Source: Bacillota bacterium
GTDB lineage: Bacteria > Bacillota > Clostridia > TANB77 > CAG-508
Length of the DNA: 64,000 nucleotides
Assembly: GCA_963928415.1 (NCBI GenBank)
Contig: CAWVEX010000045.1
Coordinates: 587-64,586, forward strand
Reading direction: 5' to 3'
Every line of letters begins with the position of its first letter. Positions within the stretch are counted from its first letter, which is position 1. A program made the position numbers and the translations under genes. Of this stretch, positions 1 through 8,477 are shown in pieces. The notes beneath the pieces are model-generated. The model did no database searches. It had not been told where the DNA came from and was given only the letters and a program-made list of their open reading frames with translations.

Positions 1-681
1 GGAATAATATATGTAGATTTAGCTGACACTGTAAATACAAGCGGTAGATGGAATGATAATGATTGGTCTGACTGGGAATATACACCAGTAACAGAAGGTT
101 TAAAACAATATGAAATAATTAGTAAAAGCTTTACAGGTTTTGGAGGACAATGGACAAAGCCTGTACTAAAAAAGATAGATGGAAGTGAAGGTGCAGATAG
201 ATTTTATGTAATGGCATTAGAAGATATAGACAATGAAACACATTATTGGTGGAAGGATGCTTATGGTAAGCTAGATTCAACTTACAATGTAGAAGAAACA
301 GCTATCGATTTTACAAAAGATAACTCAAAACCTACAGGACTTGTAAACACAGAAAGAATGATGGAATGTTATAAAAACGGAGAAATAAATGGAACAACAG
401 TATTAAAAGATGATAATGATATGTGGGGATTAATACAAAATGAAGTAGATGCAGGCTGGTTTGTACCATCGAAATCAGAATGGGCAGCATTTGGAACATT
501 TGCATATGATGAGCTAGGCGTTAATACAAATAATTATCCTGAATATGGACTTAGTGATTGGTACTGGTCTTCTTCGCAGTTCGATGCTGGCCTCGCGTAC
601 TACGCTCTCTTTCGCGATGGGTATGTCAGCAGCGTCATTGTGTACGGCGGCCGTTATGTGCGTCTGAGCACGACTTTCTAA
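1..681 (+). CDS. 5'-truncated surface/secreted protein with a C-terminal DUF1566/Lcl-like (C-type-lectin-fold) domain. The last ~120 nt form a candidate DGR variable region.
   Basis: The reading frame is open from base 1 through the stop at 679-681, so the ORF-track start at 211 is an internal Met. The C-terminal motifs (GWFVPSKSEW...YWSSS...YVRLSTTF) resemble the DUF1566 family. An abrupt composition switch occurs at 559. Confidence 0.6.
   Translation, partial: GIIYVDLADTVNTSGRWNDNDWSDWEYTPVTEGLKQYEIISKSFTGFGGQWTKPVLKKIDGSEGADRFYVMALEDIDNETHYWWKDAYGKLDSTYNVEETAIDFTKDNSKPTGLVNTERMMECYKNGEINGTTVLKDDNDMWGLIQNEVDAGWFVPSKSEWAAFGTFAYDELGVNTNNYPEYGLSDWYWSSSQFDAGLAYYALFRDGYVSSVIVYGGRYVRLSTTF
559..678 (+). 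other. Candidate diversity-generating-retroelement variable region (VR) with an IMH-like GC tract (cggcggccg) at its 3' end.
   Basis: This 120 nt tract is ~55% GC in a 28% GC genome. Adenine is ~12% and there are no AA dinucleotides. It is dominated by NNC codons (tac, ttc, ggc, agc, gtc, ctc) encoding Y/S/G/F-rich sequence. It sits at the extreme 3' end of the ORF. Confidence 0.45.
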
Positions 682-703
682 TTTTGTAAAAAATTAGAAA
701 ACA

Positions 704-771
704 GCACGTTATGTAAATAACGTGCAAACAGTCAAATCGAGAATGCTTCATAAGAAGCTCTCGATTTGACT
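704..771. other. Two consecutive stem-loops immediately downstream of the VR-like tract: an 8 bp stem at 704-725 and a 13 bp stem with an inner 5 bp stem at 730-771.
   Basis: The inverted repeats GCACGTTA/TAACGTGC and AGTCAAATCGAGA/TCTCGATTTGACT are perfect. Neither is followed by a T-run. Confidence 0.5.
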
Positions 772-928
772 TAAAAGTATATAAATAATGGAAAATATGA
801 ACAGATATAATATTTTAAGATTGTATACTACTTATTTAGTATACAATTTTTTCTTTTTCCTTGGTTCTTTTTTAGTCCTTAGTGCATATATATTATTAAA
901 ACATAATTTTTAGGAGGTAAAGGACAAT

Positions 929-2461
929 ATGGAGTTAGAAAAAAATAAAATATCCATCAATCAAATTGTAGCTCAAAAATTGGACACAGAGGTTTGTGAA
1001 GGAGATTGTATAGTTCCAGACATTAAACCAGACATATATAATATAATTTCATCTAGTGGAACAGTAAGTGTATATAAAAAGGAAGTAATGGACGGAAAAG
1101 TAAGAATAGATGGTGCAATTAATACATATACAATATATTCATCAGAAGAAGAAGGAAAAAAAGAAATTAGGTCAATTAACTATGTAATAGACTTTTCTCA
1201 GATAGTAAACATAGAAAATGCAAAAAGTGATGAAATGTTAGAGGTAAATACTAAACTAAGAAGTGTTGAAGCAAGAATCGTAAATGAAAGAAAAATAAAT
1301 GTAAAAGGAGTATTAGATTTTGATATCAAGTTATTTGCAAATAATCAAGAAGAATTTATTACAGGTATAAATGATATGATTGATTTGCAAAAACTAGAAA
1401 GAAAAATGACAGTAAATTCACTTTTAGGAACAGCAAAAACAAAAGCACAAGTTAAAGAAACAATTAATATAGATGAAGTAGATAATTTAACAGAGATTTT
1501 AAAAGTAAATGTAGATATAACTAATAAAGATACAAAAATAAGCTATAATAAAATATTAGCAAAAGCAGATACTAAACTTAAAATTTTATATCTAACAGAA
1601 GATGGAAGAATAAATACTGCTACAGCTACTCTTCCTATTATGGGATTTATAGATATGGAAAATATTTCAGAAGAAAATGTATGTGATATGCAGTATGAAA
1701 TTAGAAATATGGTAATAAAACCAAATAGTATGCAAGAACATTCTATATATGTTGAAATAGAAGTAGAAATAACTGCTTCAAGTTTTGAAACAAAAGAAAT
1801 AAATACAATAGAAGATTTATATAGCCCTAGTAAAAACTTATGCTTTACACAAAAACAAATAAAAGCTATGCAAAATAAAAAGAATTATAGAGATACGTTT
1901 TCAATTAGAGAAAAACAATTATTAAATATTGGTGATGAAAAAATATATGATGCAGATGTTAAAGTAAATATAGATAATATGAGAATTGGAAATGATGAAA
2001 TAGAACTTAGTGGAAATGTAGTTATAACTTTTATACATTCTATGAATAATATGACTGAACTTGGTATGACTGAGCTAGATTTACCAATAGATTATAAAAT
2101 GGTTTGCACAGGAATTAAAAGTGATAGTCAAGTAAAAATAGATTTAAGCGTACCACTACAAGATTTTACAATTTTGCCAGGTGGAGAAGTAGATATAAAA
2201 ATAGATATAGAATTTTTAGCTAATGCTTGGGTAGAAATAATGCTAAATGAAATATGTGATGTAAAAGAAGAAGAGAATACTGAAAGTAATGGATATAACA
2301 TGGTAATATACTTTACAAAATCTGATGATAATTTGTGGAAAATTGCCAAAGAATTTAAAAGTACCATGGAAAGTATTAAAGAAAGTAATAATTTAGATAA
2401 AGATACATTAACTCCAGGAATGCAGTTATTTATAACAAAATATGTAGGAGTTAATGGATAG
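929..2461 (+). CDS. SipL/SpoVID-like spore-coat morphogenetic protein (DUF3794-like repeats plus a C-terminal LysM domain).
   Basis: The 510 aa protein has a C-terminal LysM signature (YNMVIYFTKSDDNLWKIAKEF...GMQLFI). A strong RBS AGGAGG lies 8 nt upstream. Its size and architecture match clostridial SipL. Confidence 0.6.
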   Translation: MELEKNKISINQIVAQKLDTEVCEGDCIVPDIKPDIYNIISSSGTVSVYKKEVMDGKVRIDGAINTYTIYSSEEEGKKEIRSINYVIDFSQIVNIENAKSDEMLEVNTKLRSVEARIVNERKINVKGVLDFDIKLFANNQEEFITGINDMIDLQKLERKMTVNSLLGTAKTKAQVKETINIDEVDNLTEILKVNVDITNKDTKISYNKILAKADTKLKILYLTEDGRINTATATLPIMGFIDMENISEENVCDMQYEIRNMVIKPNSMQEHSIYVEIEVEITASSFETKEINTIEDLYSPSKNLCFTQKQIKAMQNKKNYRDTFSIREKQLLNIGDEKIYDADVKVNIDNMRIGNDEIELSGNVVITFIHSMNNMTELGMTELDLPIDYKMVCTGIKSDSQVKIDLSVPLQDFTILPGGEVDIKIDIEFLANAWVEIMLNEICDVKEEENTESNGYNMVIYFTKSDDNLWKIAKEFKSTMESIKESNNLDKDTLTPGMQLFITKYVGVNG

Positions 2462-2568
2462 AATTTACTCTAGACCTAGATTACCTAGGATTAATATAAA
2501 CAGAAATTGGCGGAAATGGATATAATATTAAGCCATATAAAAAAAGAATTGCAATATTATTATTAATA

Positions 2569-3174
2569 TTGATTATAGGATATTTTACAGCAACTACAAT
2601 TATTAAAACCATAACGCCAATTATCGAAAGACAATGTAGAGTAAAAGCAAGAAGTTTAGCAACTCAGTTTGCTAATGAAGCTTGTATTGAAAATATGAAA
2701 GACATAACTTATGATGATTTATGCACAATAGAAAGAGATTCAGAAGATAGAATAAGACTAATAAAAATGAACTCAGTAGCAATAAATAATCTTAATTCAC
2801 ATATAGCCTTAGATATACAAGAAAAATTAAATGATACAACAATTAGTAAATTCTACATTAAACTTGGTAGTTTTACAGGAATAAAACTAATATCAGGAAG
2901 AGGACCTAATGTTGAAGTAAGAATGTCTACAATAGGAGAAGTTACAACAGAAATAAAATCTGAGTTTGAAGAAACTGGAATAAATCAAACATTACATAGA
3001 ATATACATTAATGTAAATTGTAATGTAAGCTTGCTTACACCTTTTAAAGATGTTGATGAAAGCATTACAGCACAAGTGTTATTATCTGAAACTGTAATTT
3101 CAGGAGACATACCAGATGCTTACTATGATTTAGAGGGCATGAGCCCAGAAGACACAATGAACATGATGAATTAA
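2569..3174 (+). CDS. yunB: YunB-like sporulation protein. The start is uncertain: a TTG start is used here, and an upstream frameshift or noncanonical start is possible.
   Basis: The 201 aa product resembles the YunB family. The frame stays open upstream to ~2500 and encodes a TM-like segment (KKRIAILLLILIIGYF) with no in-frame ATG or GTG. Confidence 0.5.
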   Translation: MIIGYFTATTIIKTITPIIERQCRVKARSLATQFANEACIENMKDITYDDLCTIERDSEDRIRLIKMNSVAINNLNSHIALDIQEKLNDTTISKFYIKLGSFTGIKLISGRGPNVEVRMSTIGEVTTEIKSEFEETGINQTLHRIYINVNCNVSLLTPFKDVDESITAQVLLSETVISGDIPDAYYDLEGMSPEDTMNMMN

Positions 3175-3191
3175 TTAAATTTTCCATTTGA

Positions 3192-3231
3192 GACGGACCT
3201 TTTTGTAAAATATTTTACGATTAGGTCCGTC
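3192..3231. other. Nested perfect palindrome: an outer 9 bp stem GACGGACCT/AGGTCCGTC around an inner palindrome GTAAAATATTTTAC.
   Basis: The palindrome is seen directly in the sequence and has no T-run. It could be a terminator or an operator between yunB and the downstream small gene. Confidence 0.4.
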
Positions 3232-3325
3232 CAAAGCGAAAAAATATGCTTGAATATACATAAAATGTATAGTATAATAGAAAAGCCAAGAATGTTGATA
3301 GATCCTTTTAAAGGAGGCCTTAGAA

Positions 3326-3468
3326 TGAAACATTTGCTGGATGAAATTTGCGGTTATGATTTTTTGTGTGAAAAATTTCTTCCGCTTTTGGCTACAGTAT
3401 TAACAACAGTAGGGTGTATTTTTATTTTAATTGTTATTTTGATTGTTATTGCCCAAGTATTGGTTTGA
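3326..3468 (+). CDS. Small hydrophobic peptide (47 aa, single C-terminal TM).
   Basis: An RBS AAAGGAGG lies 7 nt before the ATG at 3326. The ORF-track start at 3250 lacks an RBS. The product is MKHLLDEICGYDFLCEKFLPLLATVLTTVGCIFILIVILIVIAQVLV. Confidence 0.4.
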
Positions 3469-3629
3469 TTTTATTAATTTGTTTCATTCTTGGCAACGGC
3501 TAGATATATTTGTTAAATGTAGCAAGTATACTAGCCACTTTTTATATTACCTAAAATGTACAGAAAAAAGTAAAAAAATATTTACGTAATATGGAAATAT
3601 GATATAATATGAGTGTGAAAGGGAAAAAT

Positions 3630-3806
3630 ATGAAGCAAGTAAAAAATGTAAAACAAATTAATGAAGAAGATACAATGGCTAAAGATTCAATATTTAATGA
3701 AGAAACTATAAAATGTCTTTTGAAATCTGAAGAAGATATTGAAAATAACAGAACAAGGGGCGCAAGAGAAGTTATCGAGGAGTTAAGAAGTAAGTATGGT
3801 TTCTAA
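3630..3806 (+). CDS. Small acidic hypothetical protein (58 aa).
   Basis: An RBS GAAAGGG precedes the ATG at 3630. A sigmaA-like -10 TATAAT lies at 3603-3608. Confidence 0.35.
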   Translation: MKQVKNVKQINEEDTMAKDSIFNEETIKCLLKSEEDIENNRTRGAREVIEELRSKYGF

Positions 3807-4008
3807 ATTATAATGTTGATTTCTTAAATAAAAAAAGTTTTTATTTCACATATAATGTATCAAAGAAGAAATTATTTCATATTAATTTAATATATTAAAA
3901 TCTAAAAAAAATCAAATAAAAAATTGAAATTAAATAAAATCCTATGTTAAAATAATAAAGTAATTAAGATTGTAATAATCTAATTTTATTATTAAATAGG
4001 TGGAAAAA

Positions 4009-4983
4009 ATGAGCAAAAGAAGAAAAAAATCAAATAATATTTTAGTTAGTCTAATAGTATTTGTAATCTTATGTATTTCAGGATATTTTGGAAAAGATTA
4101 TATAACTGGAACAAATGAATTAGCAATAGAAACATCGGCAAATGAAGTTCAAATCACTTTATCACAAAGAATAGAAAATGCTAAAGAAGTTAATTTAGAT
4201 AATGATAAACTTAATATAATATTTTTCTATGTGGGACAAGCTGACTCTACATTAATTAAATTAAATAATGATGTAATGCTAATTGATGCTGGAAATAATG
4301 CTGATGGCAAAAATGTTGTTAGCTTTTTACAAGCAAAAAATATAATGCATATCGATTATCTAGTTGGAACTCATGCTGATGAAGATCATATTGGTGGATT
4401 AGATGATGTAATAAATAACTTAGATATTGAAAATGTTCTTATTCCAACAGTAGGAAGTAGTGGTACAGATTATAAAAATGTTATTGAAGCTTGTGAAAAT
4501 AAAAATATACCTTTGCAAAATCCAACAATGGGAGATATTTTTGAATTAGATGGAGCAAATTTTGAAATAATGTCTGCAATGGAAGAAGAAGAAACATCAG
4601 ATAATAATAGTTCACTGGTAATAAATCTTTCATATAATGAAACAAATTATTTATTTATGGGAGATGCAGAAACAGAGGTAGAAAATTCAAGGTCTTGGGA
4701 AAAAGCAAATGTTTTAAAAGTAGGGCATCATGGTTCTAATTCAAGTAGTAGTGAAAAATTTTTAAACCAAGTAAAACCAGATTATTCAATAATAGAAGTA
4801 GGAAAAGATAATTCATATAATCTTCCAAGTGATAAAGCAATTAAAAGGTTAGAAGATTGTGGAAGCAAAGTACTTAGAACAGACAAAGCAAGTGGAGATG
4901 AAGTAGGTTCTTTTTGGCTTACTAGTGATGGGAATACAATAGATATTAAAGAAGTAAATATTAATTTAGATGGTAATGAATAA
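4009..4983 (+). CDS. Membrane-anchored metallo-beta-lactamase fold hydrolase, resembling the ComEC C-terminal domain.
   Basis: The motifs YVGQADSTLI, VGTHADEDHIGG and KVGHHGS are present, with an N-terminal TM. An RBS AGGTGG lies 5 nt before the ATG at 4009. Confidence 0.7.
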   Translation: MSKRRKKSNNILVSLIVFVILCISGYFGKDYITGTNELAIETSANEVQITLSQRIENAKEVNLDNDKLNIIFFYVGQADSTLIKLNNDVMLIDAGNNADGKNVVSFLQAKNIMHIDYLVGTHADEDHIGGLDDVINNLDIENVLIPTVGSSGTDYKNVIEACENKNIPLQNPTMGDIFELDGANFEIMSAMEEEETSDNNSSLVINLSYNETNYLFMGDAETEVENSRSWEKANVLKVGHHGSNSSSSEKFLNQVKPDYSIIEVGKDNSYNLPSDKAIKRLEDCGSKVLRTDKASGDEVGSFWLTSDGNTIDIKEVNINLDGNE

Positions 4984-5068
4984 AATTACATATTGAAAAT
5001 ATAGCTAAATGATATAATTTTATTATTTGAAAAGTTATATAATAAATTATTGAAAGGAGGATTGGAAT

Positions 5069-5653
5069 TTGGAATTAAATAATATATTAGATAAAATAGG
5101 AGATTTTACTAAAGAATTTGGAGAAAAGTTTATAAATGAATTAACAAATGCTTTAGAAAATAATAAATTAACTAATGAATCAAAAGTAAAATTACAAGAT
5201 AAAACAAGAGATATAATAAAAAGTTATGGAGAAGTGTATCAAGTAAAAAATAGAGGAGTATATAAATATACTAAGGATAATGAATATGAAGAATTACAAA
5301 AAGGAATGTATCAAGGTCAAAGTAATGGCTTTTATATTTTAGAAAATAGCGGAAACTTAAAATATGATGAAGAACTTAATAACAAGATAAATTCTGAAAT
5401 AAATAAAGCAAAATCAAATATATTAAAATCTCAGCAACAAGAATTAGATGATTTTAGAAAAGTTGGAGAAAAATATATAGTAGATGAATTAGGCGATGAT
5501 GAAAAGTACGTATATCTAACAAGGTTGTCAGATAAAAAAGAAATGCAAGATTTTAATATATCAGATAGACTATATGGAAAAATAAAAGAAAATAATAAAG
5601 AGGGGGAAGAAAGCATACTTACTTGGGATGGAAAAGAATATAACTTAATATAA
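5069..5653 (+). CDS. Hypothetical K/E-rich cytoplasmic protein.
   Basis: This 194 aa ORF has an AAGGAGG RBS and a TTG start. Confidence 0.45.
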   Translation: MELNNILDKIGDFTKEFGEKFINELTNALENNKLTNESKVKLQDKTRDIIKSYGEVYQVKNRGVYKYTKDNEYEELQKGMYQGQSNGFYILENSGNLKYDEELNNKINSEINKAKSNILKSQQQELDDFRKVGEKYIVDELGDDEKYVYLTRLSDKKEMQDFNISDRLYGKIKENNKEGEESILTWDGKEYNLI

Positions 5654-5664
5654 AGTAAAAAAAT

Positions 5665-5699
5665 AAAAGCTTAGTAAATTTAAAATTTATTAAGCTTTT
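5665..5699. terminator. Bidirectional rho-independent terminator between convergent genes.
   Basis: A 15 bp imperfect stem (AAAAGCTTAGTAAAT/ATTTATTAAGCTTTT) is flanked by an A-run and a T-run. Confidence 0.5.
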
Positions 5700-5707
5700 A
5701 TATATTA

Positions 5708-6055
5708 TTATTTCTTTGCTACTTTGCATAGTTCTGCAAAAGCTTTAGGGTCTGTAACTGCTAAGTCAGCAAGCATTTTTCTATTAACAGTAACATTAGC
5801 TTTCTTTAAACCATTGATTAAAGTGCTGTATGTCATACCGTTCATTCTTGCAGCAGCATTAATTCTTATAATCCATAATTTTCTGAAATCACTCTTTTTG
5901 TCTTTTCTTCCAACATATGAATATGCTCCAGATTTCATAACTGCTTGTTTAGCTTGTCTAAATCTATAATGTTTAGCTCCATAATATCCTTTAGCTCTTT
6001 TTAATATTTTTTTATGTTTTTTTCTTGTAATTATAGCTGTTTTAACTCTTGCCAT
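5708..6055 (-). CDS. rplT: 50S ribosomal protein L20.
   Basis: Full-length similarity to L20 ([16 protein letters not shown]...). Confidence 0.95.
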   Translation of the reverse strand: MARVKTAIITRKKHKKILKRAKGYYGAKHYRFRQAKQAVMKSGAYSYVGRKDKKSDFRKLWIIRINAAARMNGMTYSTLINGLKKANVTVNRKMLADLAVTDPKAFAELCKVAKK

Positions 6056-6077
6056 TTTTTATTCACCTTCCTTTATT

Positions 6078-6281
6078 TTATTTACCATATGGTAATAATT
6101 TTTTAACATGATTTTTACAAGTACTATCAACATAAGCATTTTGAACGCTTCCTGATGACTTTTGTCTATTTGTTTTATTTCCTAATAGATGTCTTCTATT
6201 AGCTTTAGTCCTTTTAACTTTACCTGTAGCTGTAAATTTATATCTTTTTTCAGCAGCCTTATTAGTTTTTAACTTTGGCAT
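6078..6281 (-). CDS. rpmI: 50S ribosomal protein L35.
   Basis: [24 protein letters not shown]...; positioned between infC and rplT. Confidence 0.93.
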   Translation of the reverse strand: MPKLKTNKAAEKRYKFTATGKVKRTKANRRHLLGNKTNRQKSSGSVQNAYVDSTCKNHVKKLLPYGK

Positions 6282-6349
6282 AATAAATTCCTCCTTATAT
6301 TTTGGTATATATATAAATTAGCTCTTTAGCTAAGTTATAATCTAATTAA

Positions 6350-6862
6350 TTATTTTGATTTTACTGCTAATATTATAAACAAATTCTTTCCTTCTAGAAT
6401 AGGCTTTTTTTCTGCTACTGCTATATCACTTAGATTTTCAATGAATTGATTTAGTACAGATTCACCTAATTTTACATAGTTAAGTTCTCTACCTCTAAAT
6501 CTAACAGTAATCTTAACTTTATTGCCATCTTCTAAGAATTTTCTAGCATTTTTTGCTTTGAAATCAAAATCGTGTTTATCAATATTAGGTGTAATTCTAA
6601 GTTCTTTTATTTCAAAGTTTCTTTGTTTTTTTCTAGCTTCTTTTTCTTTTTTAGCTTGCTCGAATTTGTATTTACCATAGTTCATTATTCTACAAACTTT
6701 TGGATTATTATTTGGAGCAACTAAAACTAAATCTAATTTTTTTTCGTAAGCTAGGTCTAATGCCTTTTGCATAGGTAAGACACCAAGTTTTTCGCCTTTT
6801 TCATCAATAACCTGAACTTCATTTGCTCTAATTTGTTCATTAATTGGTAATTCTTGTTTTAT
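6350..6862 (-). CDS. infC: Translation initiation factor IF-3, with a probable non-AUG (ATA/ATT) start.
   Basis: IF-3 similarity begins near IKQELPINEQIRANEVQVID. An AGGAGG RBS lies ~9 nt upstream of an ATA codon. The ORF-track Met start at 6961 would add ~33 implausible residues. Confidence 0.8.
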   Translation of the reverse strand: MKQELPINEQIRANEVQVIDEKGEKLGVLPMQKALDLAYEKKLDLVLVAPNNNPKVCRIMNYGKYKFEQAKKEKEARKKQRNFEIKELRITPNIDKHDFDFKAKNARKFLEDGNKVKITVRFRGRELNYVKLGESVLNQFIENLSDIAVAEKKPILEGKNLFIILAVKSK

Positions 6863-6920
6863 ATTAAAACACCTCCTAAATATAGTAAAAATTAATTTAC
6901 TTGTATTTAAAATCTTTTTA

Positions 6921-6953
6921 TGCAAAATAAAAAGATTGGTTATGAAGCCAATC
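6921..6953 (-). promoter_or_regulatory. Leader stem-loop plus U-run in the infC 5'UTR, a putative L20-responsive attenuator.
   Basis: The stem GATTGG(n8)CCAATC is followed on the minus strand by a T-run. It lies between the predicted promoter and the infC start. Confidence 0.35.
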
Positions 6954-7064
6954 ATTCTCAAACATATTTATTAAAAACCTAATTTAGGCTTTATATAAGA
7001 TATATTTTAACCTTTTCCTTAAAAGTGAAGGTGAGAATGTAACTTCTTCTTAAATACAATTAAT

Positions 7065-7093
7065 ATGATACTATAAATTTATTCATTTGTCAA
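7065..7093 (-). promoter_or_regulatory. SigmaA-like promoter for the infC-rpmI-rplT operon.
   Basis: Minus-strand TTGACA, a 17 nt spacer and TATCAT. Confidence 0.4.
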
Positions 7094-7111
7094 CATTTTT
7101 TCTAAAATTAC

Positions 7112-7140
7112 TTGACTTTTTTGATATTATGTAATAAAAT
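7112..7140 (+). promoter_or_regulatory. SigmaA-like promoter for rplM-rpsI.
   Basis: TTGACT, a 17 nt spacer and TAAAAT. Confidence 0.5.
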
Positions 7141-7242
7141 AATATAGCGAATTTGAATATGTCCTATAAAGCAATTCCCCGGTTGGCTTTATATGGTTTC
7201 ATATATATTATTTTAATTTAATGAATGGAGGGTAATTTTACC

Positions 7243-7677
7243 ATGAATAATACTACATACAGTGTTAAGAAAAGTGAAATTGAAAGAAAATGGTATATAA
7301 TTGATGCTGAAGGCAAATCTTTAGGTAGAGTTGCAGCAGAAGCAGCAAAATTATTAAGAGGAAAACATAAGCCAACATTTACACCAAATATGGACAATGG
7401 CGATCATGTAATTATAATCAACTGTGCAAAAGCAGTTTTAACAGGAAAGAAATTAAATCAAAAAGTTTACACTCATTTTACAGGATATATTGGAAATATG
7501 AGAAAAACTTTAGCAAAAGATATGATGGAACAAAAACCTGAAAAAGCTATGATGATAGCAGTAAAAGGTATGCTTCCACATAACAGCTTAGGAAGACAAA
7601 TGTTAACAAAATTAAGAGTATACGCAGGTGAGAAGCATGAAAATGCAGCTCAAAAACCTGAAGTATGGAAATTTTAA
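7243..7677 (+). CDS. rplM: 50S ribosomal protein L13.
   Basis: L13 similarity. A GGAGGG RBS precedes the ATG at 7243; the track start at 7225 overlaps the RBS. Confidence 0.95.
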   Translation: MNNTTYSVKKSEIERKWYIIDAEGKSLGRVAAEAAKLLRGKHKPTFTPNMDNGDHVIIINCAKAVLTGKKLNQKVYTHFTGYIGNMRKTLAKDMMEQKPEKAMMIAVKGMLPHNSLGRQMLTKLRVYAGEKHENAAQKPEVWKF

Positions 7678-7693
7678 TTAGGAGGATATGAAG

Positions 7694-8095
7694 ATGGCAA
7701 AATCAGAAAAAGTTGTATTCTTAGGTACAGGTAGAAGAAAAAGCTCAATTGCTAGAGTTAGACTTGTAGAAGGAAAAGGTAATATAACTGTAAACGGAAA
7801 AGATATAAACGAATATTTTGGAGAAGAAACATTAAGAGTAATAGTAAAACAACCTTTAACAGTTACAAATACATTAACAAAATTTGATGTAATTGCAAAA
7901 GTACAAGGTGGCGGATTCAGTGGTCAAGCTGGTGCTGTACGTCATGGTATAGCAAGAGCTCTTAATGAAGCAAATGCTGAATATAGACCAGTTCTAAAAT
8001 CTAATGGATTCTTAACAAGAGATCCTCGTATGAAGGAAAGAAAAAAATATGGTCTTAAGAAAGCTCGTAAAGCTCCACAATTTAGTAAGAGATAA
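7694..8095 (+). CDS. rpsI: 30S ribosomal protein S9.
   Basis: S9 similarity (...[19 protein letters not shown]...[17 protein letters not shown]). An AGGAGG RBS lies 8 nt upstream of 7694. Confidence 0.95.
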   Translation: MAKSEKVVFLGTGRRKSSIARVRLVEGKGNITVNGKDINEYFGEETLRVIVKQPLTVTNTLTKFDVIAKVQGGGFSGQAGAVRHGIARALNEANAEYRPVLKSNGFLTRDPRMKERKKYGLKKARKAPQFSKR

Positions 8096-8107
8096 TATTT
8101 CAATAAA

Positions 8108-8138
8108 CCCCAGAGCAAAAACTCTGGGGAATTTTGTT
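8108..8138 (+). terminator. Rho-independent terminator after rpsI.
   Basis: CCCCAGAG-caaaaa-CTCTGGGG followed by a T-run. Confidence 0.7.
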
Positions 8139-8169
8139 ATAAAAAAGTAGTTGTTATAAAACAGTTACT

Positions 8170-8466
8170 TTAATTATCATCACTATATAAAAGAATTTCT
8201 TCTAAATTTTCATCTTCCAATAGAGAACCTTTTATACTACCTGTAGTTATTATATCAACATCTTTATCTAAAGCTTCTTCTAATGCAAATTTAACTTCCA
8301 CAATCTTAAAACCATCAGCTACATCTTCAGTTCTTACGATTATGTCAATATCACTATCCTTTTTTTGTTTCTTCTTTGCGTAAGAACCAAATAACCAAAT
8401 ATGTTTCAAATTGTATTTTTTTGCAACAGGTTCAATTTTCTTTTTTATTTTATCTATTTCTGACAT
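8170..8466 (-). CDS. Minimal nucleotidyltransferase (MNT) antitoxin of a HEPN/MNT toxin-antitoxin pair.
   Basis: The LFGSYAKK...DSDIDI nucleotidyltransferase motif is present. An RBS AGGTG lies 6 nt before the ATG, immediately after the HEPN stop. Confidence 0.75.
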   Translation of the reverse strand: MSEIDKIKKKIEPVAKKYNLKHIWLFGSYAKKKQKKDSDIDIIVRTEDVADGFKIVEVKFALEEALDKDVDIITTGSIKGSLLEDENLEEILLYSDDN

Positions 8467-8477
8467 TAAAAACACCT

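Noticed and set aside
2128-2367. Antisense ORF inside the SipL-like gene, and similar short antisense ORFs at 5431-5616, 5724-5969, 13069-13308, 13807-14067, 19788-20231, 21026-21274, 21472-21741, 25928-26137, 27345-27596, 29267-29575, 32733-33071, 35050-35481, 37204-37413, 38701-38898, 45134-45421, 48685-49306, 51552-51984, 52667-52882, 53234-53446, 55095-55742, 57532-57768, 57937-58134, 58912-59364, 59711-59992 and 60191-60442
   Set aside because: All lie within well-supported genes on the opposite strand. They lack RBSs and have biased composition typical of AT-rich antisense frames.
3250-3325. ORF-track start at 3250 for the small peptide gene
   Set aside because: No RBS, whereas the ATG at 3326 has a strong AAAGGAGG. 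The upstream residues are hydrophilic filler.
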